Source: Synechococcus elongatus PCC 6301 (GTDB taxonomy: Bacteria; Cyanobacteriota; Cyanobacteriia; Synechococcales; Synechococcaceae). From it: a stretch of 32,000 bases of DNA. The translations under genes were made by a program, and so were the position numbers. The notes under the pieces are model-generated. The model saw nothing but the letters and a program-made list of their open reading frames with translations. It ran no database searches and was not told where the DNA came from. Below, in pieces: positions 9,904 through 20,574 of the stretch. The number at the start of each line of letters is the position of its first letter. The stretch's first letter is position 1. The stretch spans positions 930,001 through 962,000 of the forward strand of contig NC_006576.1 in assembly GCF_000010065.1 (NCBI RefSeq), given 5' to 3'.

Positions 9904-10104
9904 TCAAGCGTTCACAGAGCGACGGCGACTCCCTGCAAGCACAGGAGCCGTCGGGGGATTTAACTCAAAAATGGTCCAAGCAATATCGCTAGGGTTTGGA
10001 CTGACCGACTCCGAAAAAGCAGCGGCTGCTTGAGGGGTATCGAACGGTCCATAGAGCTTGCTGCCTGGTTTGCCGTTCCAGCGGACTTGCAACACAAAGT
10101 TCAC
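9904..10104 (-). CDS. Small hypothetical protein (66 aa)
   Basis: [43 protein letters not shown]...; GTG start; 10 nt upstream of cofH on the same strand. Confidence 0.6.
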   Translation of the reverse strand: MNFVLQVRWNGKPGSKLYGPFDTPQAAAAFSESVSPNPSDIAWTIFELNPPTAPVLAGSRRRSVNA

Positions 10105-10277
10105 TGGTTTTGACCTCCTTCGCGCTAGCTTCAGTCTGACAGCCGTTTCCCAGCAAAGCTGTGTCGAATATCACGGTCACAGCCCTTTACGCCTTGTTTG
10201 GGATCAGCACCCCCAGAGTAGCCATTGTTCGCCAAAACGGGGGGCCGTGCAGAAAAGCTTCAAGATTCTTGGGCTGA

Positions 10278-10306
10278 TTTTGGGGAGCGGAATTCACCCC
10301 CCAAAA
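10278..10306 (-). other. Stem-loop downstream of groEL2
   Basis: TTTTGGGG (10278-10285), 13-nt loop, CCCCAAAA (10299-10306); no T-run follows on either strand, so not a canonical terminator. Confidence 0.55.
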
Positions 10307-10322
10307 CTAAGGCGATCGCGGT

Positions 10323-12882
<2,560 letters not shown>

Positions 12883-12903
12883 TTACGATCTTGGCGGAAC
12901 CTT

Positions 12904-13929
12904 CTAGGCCAACAGCTTCTCGAGGGCTTGCAATTGCGGACCAGTTCCAAGGCAGAGCAGCAAGTCTCCGAGTTCGAGATAGGTGTCACCGGTGGGACTG
13001 GCCAGCAAGGTACCATCCGCCCGCCGAATCGCCAGAATTAGGGCGCCCGATCGCCCCCGTAAATCCGCTTCTCGCAGGGTGCGCCCAATAAATCGCGATC
13101 GCGGTTGCTCCAACAAAAACTCATCAATGTAGACCGACCGCTCACTGGCGGAAGTCAGATCATCAATGAAGTCGATCACTTGCGGTCGCCGCGCTGCCGC
13201 CGCCATCCGCCGTCCACCGGTGATGTAGGGCGAGACCACCGCATCTGCCCCGCCTCGACGCAGCTTTTGAACCGCCTCAGCAGAACTGGCACGGGCGATC
13301 GTCCGCAGGTTAGGATTCAAGGTTTTGGCCGACAGGATCGCGTAAAGATTGTCAGCATCAGACGGCATAGCCGCTACCAAACAGCGCGCCCGCTCAATTC
13401 CTGCTTTGATCAACACCTCATCGAGTGTGGCATCGCCGACAAAAGCCTGAAGTCCTGCCGCGATCGCCGTATCAATTGCACTTTCATCGTTATCTAAAAC
13501 GACAAAAGGCAATGCTTCTGCGTTGAACTCGCGGGCAATTTCTTGTCCAGTGCGACCAAAGCCGCAAATGATGTAGTGATTGTGCAAGCGATTGAGTAAG
13601 TGTCGTAGTCGGCGATCGCGCAGCCTCTCTTGGAAGTATCCCTCGGCCAAGGCTTCGGTGGCAGTCTTGATCACATAGCCAATCAAGATCAATCCTGCCA
13701 AGATCAGCAGGATCGTAAATAGCCGACCCTTGGGACTGAGGGGATTCACTTCCCCAAATCCCACCGTCGCTAGCGTCGTGATTGTCATGTACAGAGCATC
13801 TAGCCCTGTCCAGCCTTCAATCAGCTGGTAGCCCAAGGTGCCGACAACAATCAGCAGGACTAACGCCCAGACGCTATTGACCAGATTGCGACGGTGATCA
13901 AGACTTCGCCGCGATCGCTGTGGCTCCAT
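12904..13929 (-). CDS. K+-channel-like protein with 2 TMs and RCK/TrkA-N and TrkA-C domains
   Basis: Pore TITTLATVGFGEVNP; HYIICGFGRTGQEIAREF (Rossmann); C-terminal FIGRTLREADLRGRSGALILAI. Confidence 0.9.
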   Translation of the reverse strand: MEPQRSRRSLDHRRNLVNSVWALVLLIVVGTLGYQLIEGWTGLDALYMTITTLATVGFGEVNPLSPKGRLFTILLILAGLILIGYVIKTATEALAEGYFQERLRDRRLRHLLNRLHNHYIICGFGRTGQEIAREFNAEALPFVVLDNDESAIDTAIAAGLQAFVGDATLDEVLIKAGIERARCLVAAMPSDADNLYAILSAKTLNPNLRTIARASSAEAVQKLRRGGADAVVSPYITGGRRMAAAARRPQVIDFIDDLTSASERSVYIDEFLLEQPRSRFIGRTLREADLRGRSGALILAIRRADGTLLASPTGDTYLELGDLLLCLGTGPQLQALEKLLA

Positions 13930-13965
13930 GCTGCCTCGCTCAATCTGAGCGGTGGAGGAAGATCG

Positions 13966-14925
13966 CTAGCGACCGAAGAGGCGATCGATGATTTCCTGGG
14001 GTGGAACCGTCGCCACGTCAACACCCTCCGCCTTGATGCCGATGAACCGATCATCTGCTGGCAGCAGCTTCGCCGGTTCAAAGGGACCAAACAGGGCGAT
14101 CGTCCTTGTCCCGCTCGCCACGGCTAAATGCATCGGTGCACTATCGGTACAGAGCATCAGATCAGCTCCAGCAATGATCGCAGCAAGTTTGCCGATGTCT
14201 GGCGGCTGCACCACTTGGAAGTCGAGATTGGATTTGCGCAGTTCCGCTACAAACTCCGCATCGTCGGGGCCTTGCACCACCACAAAAGGCAGGCTAGGAC
14301 GCTGTTCGCGAATCGATCGCAACACGATCGCCCATTTCTCAACGGGATAGACCTTCTGCAAACCCTTGAGCTTGGCCAGCGTGCTCGAACCGCCGTGCAG
14401 GACGAGGTAACCCTGGCCTGCCAGCCCCAATCGTTGCTGTTCTGCCGTTGCCCAATCCAAATCTTGCCGAGCCAACGTCAGCTTAGGATTCGGGCAGGGA
14501 GTATTAATACCAAAGCCTTGCAAGAGATCGTGGTAGAGCGCTCCCGCATACTGTTCACGGTTGAGCGGCACCGCATCCGTGAGAAAAATTTTGCCGCGAC
14601 CCGCATAGCCCACCCGTTTGGGAATGCCGGTCAACCAGAGGAAGAGACCCACCAGCGATCGCTGGCCAAGGGAGAGCACCGCTTCGTATTCCCGCTCGCG
14701 AATGGAGCCGAGCAAATTGCCCCAGTCGGCCAAGCTGTTGCGATCTTTGAAATCGAACGGAAAGACTTGGTCTACCTCGGCGCAGACCCGATAAGCACCC
14801 ACGGCGCGAGGCTCAACGACGACATCAATCTGAGCCTGCGGATAGTACTTTTTGAGATCGGCGACCGTCGGGAAGAAGAGAATCTGGTCACCGATACCGC
14901 CCGGAACCAGGGCCAAAATGCGCAT
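13966..14925 (-). CDS. Glycosyltransferase family 9 (heptosyltransferase-like)
   Basis: MRILALVPGGIGDQILFFPTVADLKKYYP...LCTDSAPMHLAVASGTRTIALFGP. Confidence 0.9.
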   Translation of the reverse strand: MRILALVPGGIGDQILFFPTVADLKKYYPQAQIDVVVEPRAVGAYRVCAEVDQVFPFDFKDRNSLADWGNLLGSIREREYEAVLSLGQRSLVGLFLWLTGIPKRVGYAGRGKIFLTDAVPLNREQYAGALYHDLLQGFGINTPCPNPKLTLARQDLDWATAEQQRLGLAGQGYLVLHGGSSTLAKLKGLQKVYPVEKWAIVLRSIREQRPSLPFVVVQGPDDAEFVAELRKSNLDFQVVQPPDIGKLAAIIAGADLMLCTDSAPMHLAVASGTRTIALFGPFEPAKLLPADDRFIGIKAEGVDVATVPPQEIIDRLFGR

Positions 14926-15008
14926 GGGAATCGGGGTAAGCTGAAGTCCGATCTATTCTATGGGACGCTTGCACCCGCCTCGCTAGGGCTTGCAACGGAA
15001 CAATAACC

Positions 15009-15707
15009 TTGCATCTGCTGATTCCTGCCGCTGGTTCAGGTCGTCGCTTCGGTGCCGATCGCAATAAACTCCTGCTGCCACTCCTGGGTCAGCCGGTTCT
15101 GGCCTGGGCCCTACAAGCCGCCGATCAAGCTCAGTCGATCACTTGGATTGGCATCATTGGGCAGCCAGGCGATCGCGCGGATATGGAAGCGTTGGTTGAT
15201 CAGCTCCAGCTTGCAACCCCTGTCAGCTGGATTCAGGGCGGCCGAGAACGCCAGGAATCGGTGTTTAATGGCCTGCGATCGCTGCCCAGTGGGGCTCAGC
15301 AAGTTTTAATCCATGACGGCGCCCGCTGTTTGGCAACGCCTACCCTCTTCGATCGCTGTAGCGCGGCACTCCAGACTTGTCCTGCTTTCGTGGCGGCCGT
15401 TCCAGTCAAAGACACGATCAAACAAGTTGCTGCTGATGGCACAATCGCCGCAACCCCCGATCGCTCAACTCTCTGGGCCGCCCAAACTCCCCAGGGCTTT
15501 ACCGTTGAGTCGCTGCTGCGTTGCCATCGTCAGGGCCTAAAACAACAGCTTGCTGTGACCGATGACGCCGCGCTCCTCGAAGCGTTTGGTTTGCCCGTGC
15601 AGATTGTTGAAGGCGAAGAGACCAATCTCAAGGTGACCACACCGGCGGATCTAGCGATCGCAGAATTAATTCTCAAACAGCGACAGTTTACTGCTGCGAT
15701 CGCCTAG
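15009..15707 (+). CDS. ispD: 2-C-methyl-D-erythritol 4-phosphate cytidylyltransferase
   Basis: MHLLIPAAGSGRRFGADRNKLLLPLLGQPVLAWAL...VLIHDGARCLATPTLF...TDDAALLEAFG..KVTTPADLAIAE. Confidence 0.96.
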   Translation: MHLLIPAAGSGRRFGADRNKLLLPLLGQPVLAWALQAADQAQSITWIGIIGQPGDRADMEALVDQLQLATPVSWIQGGRERQESVFNGLRSLPSGAQQVLIHDGARCLATPTLFDRCSAALQTCPAFVAAVPVKDTIKQVAADGTIAATPDRSTLWAAQTPQGFTVESLLRCHRQGLKQQLAVTDDAALLEAFGLPVQIVEGEETNLKVTTPADLAIAELILKQRQFTAAIA

Positions 15708-15721
15708 GGGAGCAGCAACAA

Positions 15722-16537
15722 TTAGCGTTCTTTACCTCGGACTGCCAAGGGTTTTGCAGCAGTGAGTAAAGCCAGACGAACCGAGCGTTGAGTCTGCGGC
15801 TGGGAGGCTGGAATTTGAGTGCCTAGGAGTCGATCCCAAAACGTGAAGTACAGACCGTAGTGAAAGCTGTAGCGTTGATGGTGAAGCAGATGATGCTGGG
15901 GTCCGATCAACCACTGAGCCAGCCACTGAGAAACCCCTGAATCGGGGAACAGTGAGAAGCCCAAATGGTTGAAAACAGACCAAAGGGTCATAGTCACCAA
16001 GGCAGCCAGCAAAATGCCAACGTGAACTGGGAAAACAAAAACAATGCCAATAATCAGCAGTGCCTGCATCACTGCTTCGGGTAGATCAAAGGCAAAGGAG
16101 GTCCAGGGTGTTGGGCATTGCGAACGATGATGACCCCGATGTACCCAGCGAAATAACCAAGGCTGATGAAAGAGTCGATGACAGAAATAAAAACTAGTAT
16201 CTTGCAGAATCAGAACCAGAAAGAAGCTAAAGATTAAATAAAAAAATCCATATTGACTAACATCTGTGTAGAGCCGCGTATGGATCAGCACTGGAGTAGA
16301 AGTCAACCAAGAAGCTAATAGGGCAAAGACTAAAGCCGAGGCTATCGAAAGCCCAACATCTGAGCGAATTGACTTCTTCCAAGTCGGCCAATGCTTCACT
16401 CTCCTGCGAGTAGATCGCTCTGCCAAAAAGCCATAAAAGAGCCAGTAGAGTCCTCCAGCAATCAGTAGATAACGTCCTAAGATCAGGCCGAAGAAGATCA
16501 AGCTATCAGGACTCAAAGAGCGATCAAGCAGGTTCAC
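15722..16537 (-). CDS. Sterol desaturase/fatty acid hydroxylase superfamily protein
   Basis: His boxes HRLFH, HRGHH, HHLLHH...HYG; multiple TMs. Confidence 0.88.
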   Translation of the reverse strand: MNLLDRSLSPDSLIFFGLILGRYLLIAGGLYWLFYGFLAERSTRRRVKHWPTWKKSIRSDVGLSIASALVFALLASWLTSTPVLIHTRLYTDVSQYGFFYLIFSFFLVLILQDTSFYFCHRLFHQPWLFRWVHRGHHRSQCPTPWTSFAFDLPEAVMQALLIIGIVFVFPVHVGILLAALVTMTLWSVFNHLGFSLFPDSGVSQWLAQWLIGPQHHLLHHQRYSFHYGLYFTFWDRLLGTQIPASQPQTQRSVRLALLTAAKPLAVRGKER

Positions 16538-16646
16538 GAAACCTCGAATTAAGTGAGAGTACCGCTCTCTGTATAACGACTTTTAGCGCAAAAGAGTATA
16601 AAGACAAGTCAATAATTACAGAGTCTACCAACAGACTTTAACAATT

Positions 16647-16676
16647 AAAAAAGCTTAGACAAAGATGTCTAAGCTT
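16647..16676 (-). terminator. Intrinsic terminator downstream of the RRM gene
   Basis: Perfect 11-bp arms AAGCTTAGACA (16651-16661)/TGTCTAAGCTT (16666-16676), 4-nt loop, A-run at 16647-16652 (a T-run on the minus strand). Confidence 0.85.
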
Positions 16677-16762
16677 CGGATTAAAACTGGATCACTCATC
16701 TAGAGATTAAGTGATTCAATTTAAATTTCAGTGAATGTTTGCAATGGTTCTAAGCAGGCAGC

Positions 16763-17086
16763 TTAGTAGTTGCGGTAACCACCGCCACCGCCACCACCGC
16801 GACGGCCACCGCCACCGCCGAACGAGCCGCCACCACTGCGCTCCTCACGGGGCTTTGCTTTGTTGACGCGGAGGCCTCGGCCCATCCACTCAGCTCCGCC
16901 AAGTGCAGCAATCGCAGCATCTTCTTCTGCATCAGCGCTCATTTCGACAAAACCGAAACCACGCATCCGACCGGTTTCACGATCGATAGGCAGTTGAACT
17001 CGCTTGACCGCACCATACTCCGTAAATACGGCGGTCAAGTCAGCTTCTGTAACCTCGTAGGACAGGTTACCAACGTAAATAGACAT
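16763..17086 (-). CDS. rbp: Glycine-rich RRM RNA-binding protein
   Basis: MSIYVGNLSYEVTEADLTAVFTEYGAVKRVQLPIDRETGRMRGFGFVEM (RNP2/RNP1) with C-terminal GGGGGRRGGGGGGGYRNY. Confidence 0.95.
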   Translation of the reverse strand: MSIYVGNLSYEVTEADLTAVFTEYGAVKRVQLPIDRETGRMRGFGFVEMSADAEEDAAIAALGGAEWMGRGLRVNKAKPREERSGGGSFGGGGGRRGGGGGGGYRNY

Positions 17087-17130
17087 GGAGTTGTCTCCGA
17101 AAGAGAGAGTTGAGAGCGAAATTTCGGAGA
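17087..17130 (-). promoter_or_regulatory. Candidate SD-sequestering hairpin in the rbp 5' leader
   Basis: mRNA-sense UCUCCGAAA-19 nt-UUUCGGAGA; the 3' arm contains GGAG 8 nt before AUG. Confidence 0.55.
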
Positions 17131-17358
17131 GAACTATGCCAACAAGGACTGAAAAGACTCGTCAGGACTAGAAACACTACAGCCGATATTTTCTCTAGCC
17201 CCCAGCCTAGCATTCCCAGCCTCTCTTCGTGTGAGATGACAATATGTGAAGGATTAAAAGTTTTCATGGTTCGGCAACAGGGCGCTTACCACTGTGTCCT
17301 ACAACAATTTTGTCGTTTGGATTTGCCGTTTGGATTCAAGAGAAGTTGGACTTTGAAA

Positions 17359-17430
17359 TGGGCACTACTGGATTCGAACCAGTGACTTACTGCTTGTAAG
17401 GCAGCCACTCTACCGCTGAGTTAAGCGCCC
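17359..17430 (-). tRNA. tRNA-Val, anticodon UAC
   Basis: Minus strand GGGCGCTTAACTCAGCGGTAGAGTGGCTGCCTTACAAGCAGTAAGTCACTGGTTCGAATCCAGTAGTGCCCA folds as a cloverleaf; anticodon loop CTTACAA; CCA not encoded. Confidence 0.93.
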
Positions 17431-17468
17431 GCGATTCGCGATCGTATTAGAAGATACCATGGCACCGT

Positions 17469-18104
17469 CTAGTGCTCAAACACACTGCCAAACTGGGCCA
17501 GATCGAGGGCCGCGAAGGTGGGAAGACAGGCAAAGCAATCTTGGGCCAACTGCCAGCGACCTTCACGCTGCAGCATCGTCGTCAATTTTGCCTGAGCAGC
17601 CAAGAGATAGCGCACGTCATTGCAGGCGTAGCGCATCTGCTCATGGGAGAGCGCTGCAGCATTGCCCCAGTCAGAACTTTGGGCTGTCTTGTCCAGCTCG
17701 ACACCCACCAACTCCTGGAGCAGGCTTTTTAAGCCGTGCTGTGAGCTATAGGTGCGTGCTAGTTTGCTGGCGATCTTGGTGCAAAAAATGGGCTGAACCG
17801 CAATCCCAAGGCCATGCTTGAGGGCGGTGATGTCGAAGCGGGCGAAGTGGAAGACCTTGGTAATTTGCGGATCCTCGCAGAGGGCTTGCAAATTCGGGGC
17901 GACGGTTTGCCCTTGGGCGATGCGCACGCAGGTTGTAATTCCCGCTGAATCGCAGAGTTGCACTAGGCAAAGGCGATCGCGGTGGAAATTCAGCCCCATT
18001 GCCTCGGTGTCGATGGCGATCGCAGGGGACTGCCGATATTGCGCTAGCAACTCATCTGTTAAGTCTTGTTCACACAGATGAAAGTCTGAGTCGATGCTAG
18101 ACAT
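17469..18104 (-). CDS. RNase D-like 3'-5' exonuclease
   Basis: AIAIDTEAMGLNFHRDRLCLVQLCD (DEDD Exo I), VFHFARFDITAL, YACNDVRYLL. Confidence 0.9.
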   Translation of the reverse strand: MSSIDSDFHLCEQDLTDELLAQYRQSPAIAIDTEAMGLNFHRDRLCLVQLCDSAGITTCVRIAQGQTVAPNLQALCEDPQITKVFHFARFDITALKHGLGIAVQPIFCTKIASKLARTYSSQHGLKSLLQELVGVELDKTAQSSDWGNAAALSHEQMRYACNDVRYLLAAQAKLTTMLQREGRWQLAQDCFACLPTFAALDLAQFGSVFEH

Positions 18105-18342
18105 GCGAGTGTTCGGCTCCTGTGTGGGCGATCGGCGGCTACAGAAAGGAGAAGCTGCTGCTTCTATCTAACGAGAAGAGTGGATTTTTTCTCAATCCCC
18201 GCAGAGAATAAAAAAGACAGACTCAATCAGGTAATCCCTGTCTGTAACCAGTTCAGATGCTGCGACGACACAGGCTGAGCTGCTGTCAACGGTGTGAGGG
18301 ATCAACTTAGGGCTGCGTTGCACCGACTCATGCGTTGGCGAA

Positions 18343-18789
18343 ATGTCGAGCGGGGTAGCGGCACCCCAGCCAAGTTCTTGCGTCCCTTCGCGCGTGAGTG
18401 TTCTCAGCATGGACTTTGAAGACATCTATCGTTTTTTCCAAGATCCGCCCCCGCACTATCTGAGTAAAGAGTTAGCAGTCTGCTATGTGTTGGCGGTGCT
18501 TCGGCACGAAGACTCCTACGGCACTGAGCTGATCCAGCACTTGGAAACGCATTGGCCCAACTATCGCCTCTCGGACACGGTGCTCTACACTGCACTCAAG
18601 TTCCTTGAGGATGAGCAGATCATTTCGGGCTATTGGAAAAAAGTAGAGGGCCGAGGGCGACCCCGCCGCATGTATCAATTGGCTCAAGCCAACGATGATC
18701 GCTCGCGGGATCTGGCCCAACTTTGGGAGAGATATCTGAGCTCGTCGGCCGCTACCGATCGTCAATTGATCCCTGTCGAAGCACGCTGA
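18343..18789 (+). CDS. pex: PadR-like winged-helix protein, circadian period extender Pex
   Basis: PadR fold: LAVCYVLAVLRHEDSYGTELIQHLETHWPNYRLSDTVLYTALKFLEDEQIISGYWKKVEGRGRPRRMY. ORF is 148 aa, the size I recall for Pex. Conserved-looking sequence starts at the internal ATG 18409. Confidence 0.8.
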   Translation: MSSGVAAPQPSSCVPSRVSVLSMDFEDIYRFFQDPPPHYLSKELAVCYVLAVLRHEDSYGTELIQHLETHWPNYRLSDTVLYTALKFLEDEQIISGYWKKVEGRGRPRRMYQLAQANDDRSRDLAQLWERYLSSSAATDRQLIPVEAR

Positions 18790-19957
18790 AAATCTGACCC
18801 GCGATCGCGGCGGAACCACCTGGGGAGCCCACTCGCGCTTGCCCATTCTGTCGACAGCGCTCGGGTTGGGTAGGATCCTGCAGAGTCTGGAGAATGACTT
18901 GAGCCGCTTGGGTCAGATCGGCAGGCTGAGCGGGAGTTTTGCCAATCGTCTGCACTGAATCTGTTCCGAGGAGCCGCTCTTGGGCTTCAGCAAAGCGATA
19001 AGTAAACTGCGGGCCAGCGCCAATCAGTTGGACCACAGGTTTACCTAGGCCAACGGCCTGCTCAACTGCGGTACCAGCCATGCCGATCACCAGCTGACTG
19101 GCTTGCAAAATTTCGGCAAAGGCATCGCTCCGACAGTGAACCTCCAAACGGCGATCGCCCACGGAAGTTAAGAGGCGATCGCGGCCATCAAACTGCCAAC
19201 CGAGATCCATAGCAATCGCCTGGAGTTGAGTGGCATCGATTGCAGGCACGATCGCAGCTGCAAAGGCAAAGTCACCCCATTTGGCTAATTCCTGACAGAG
19301 TCGGAGCTGGAGCTTGAGATTGGCGATCGCTTCCGGGAGACGACTACCTGCCAGCAGGGCAATCAAGGGACATTGCGGATCCAGCACCAGCTCAGCCCCC
19401 TGTCCCTGCAAAGCATCCATGATCGGATAGCCACAGAAAATGGCTTTGGCAAAGCCTCGGCTCTGTAAATCCGCTGCCGTAAACGCATCACGACAGAAAA
19501 TCTGCCGACAGCGAGGCGATCGCAACAGTCGCTGTGTCAGCCAAGGCAGCCGCAATCGTCCTTCGTAGTAGCTAGAAGTCGAGACTAGAAAAGCAACAAA
19601 GGGACGGCCCGTCAGACTGGCCAGCGCGATCGGCACCACATCCCCAACGGCCACAACCAGTTTGAACTGCTGGCGCAATCGCCAAATGGCTGCAATTTGC
19701 CGCAGACTGAGCAGCACGAGTCCCTGGGCGAGATCCCGCACCAATACCCACGGATTCATGTAGAGCAAACCACCCGAAGGCATTGACTCAGTGGGGCCAA
19801 TGATCGGAACGCCCAGCTTGCGATAGGCATGACCCGCACCGACGATTGGTTGCGCCGCGATCGCCAACTGGGGATTAACCGTTTGAATCGCCTTCACGAT
19901 CAAGCTGGCGTTGAGATCTTCACCGTGGCCATTGCTGAGGAAAAGCAGATCAGGCAT
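18752..19957 (-). CDS. Lipid-A-disaccharide synthase-related protein
   Basis: MPDLLFLSNGHGEDLNASLIVKAI...PLIALLAGSRLPEAIANLKL...LVIGMAGTAVEQAVGLGKPV. Start 19957 preferred; 19972 possible. Confidence 0.8.
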   Translation of the reverse strand: MPDLLFLSNGHGEDLNASLIVKAIQTVNPQLAIAAQPIVGAGHAYRKLGVPIIGPTESMPSGGLLYMNPWVLVRDLAQGLVLLSLRQIAAIWRLRQQFKLVVAVGDVVPIALASLTGRPFVAFLVSTSSYYEGRLRLPWLTQRLLRSPRCRQIFCRDAFTAADLQSRGFAKAIFCGYPIMDALQGQGAELVLDPQCPLIALLAGSRLPEAIANLKLQLRLCQELAKWGDFAFAAAIVPAIDATQLQAIAMDLGWQFDGRDRLLTSVGDRRLEVHCRSDAFAEILQASQLVIGMAGTAVEQAVGLGKPVVQLIGAGPQFTYRFAEAQERLLGTDSVQTIGKTPAQPADLTQAAQVILQTLQDPTQPERCRQNGQARVGSPGGSAAIAGQIFSVLRQGSIDDR

Positions 19958-20052
19958 GGTTGTGCGCCTCATCCGCTCGCTGTGGTCGCCCAGCGCGATC
20001 GCCTAGATCAGTAGAGTAGAGAGCAGTGCTGCCGTTGTGTTTTTGAACCGCT

Positions 20053-20574
20053 ATGTCCGATCGTGTCACGCTCGCCTCGGTCTTTTTCATCACGCTACTG
20101 CCCGTGATTGGGCTCGTCTTCTTTATTCGAGGCTCCTTCAAAGATCGGACGACGACACAGCTATTTGAAAGTGACCTCGATCGTCCCACCTTGATTGCGC
20201 GTCTCCAGGACTATTTCCGCAGTCGAGCCTACCGCGTGATCGAAAATGATCCGACAGAGCAGCGGGTCGTTTTTGAAGGGATTGTTGCACCCAGCCTATT
20301 TTTGGCAGTGTTCGTGGCAACCTTGGCTGCCACTGGGCTGGGTTGTTTGGGCTTGGTGGTGGCGATTGCGACTGGAAGCAGCCCCCAACTAGCCTTGATC
20401 CCAGCGACCCTAGCACCGATCGCCGGTCGCCTGTACTGGCAAAAAGCCAAACGGCCGGAACGGGTCACACTGGCTTTTACTGCAGCGGACCGCTCAGACT
20501 TAACTGTGACGGCCCACCGCGATGAGTTGATCACCCTGACCCAATCGTTGCCCCTACGCGCCTTGGAATCCTAG
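20053..20574 (+). CDS. Cofactor assembly of complex C subunit B (CCB2/CCB4-like) protein
   Basis: 173 aa with TM segments; family assignment from memory of cyanobacterial/plastid CCB-like sequences. Confidence 0.55.
   Translation: MSDRVTLASVFFITLLPVIGLVFFIRGSFKDRTTTQLFESDLDRPTLIARLQDYFRSRAYRVIENDPTEQRVVFEGIVAPSLFLAVFVATLAATGLGCLGLVVAIATGSSPQLALIPATLAPIAGRLYWQKAKRPERVTLAFTAADRSDLTVTAHRDELITLTQSLPLRALES

Noticed and set aside
14128-15006. 292-aa plus-strand ORF
   Set aside because: Lies fully antisense to the convincingly identified GT9 gene; composition looks like a reverse-frame shadow with no recognisable fold.
16763-16830. Gly-codon (CCACCG/CCGCCA) tandem-like repeat
   Set aside because: It is explained by the glycine-rich C-terminus of the RRM protein, not an independent DNA repeat.
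17110-17385. 91-aa plus-strand ORF
   Set aside because: Runs into the tRNA-Val gene and overlaps the rbp leader; no protein-like features.
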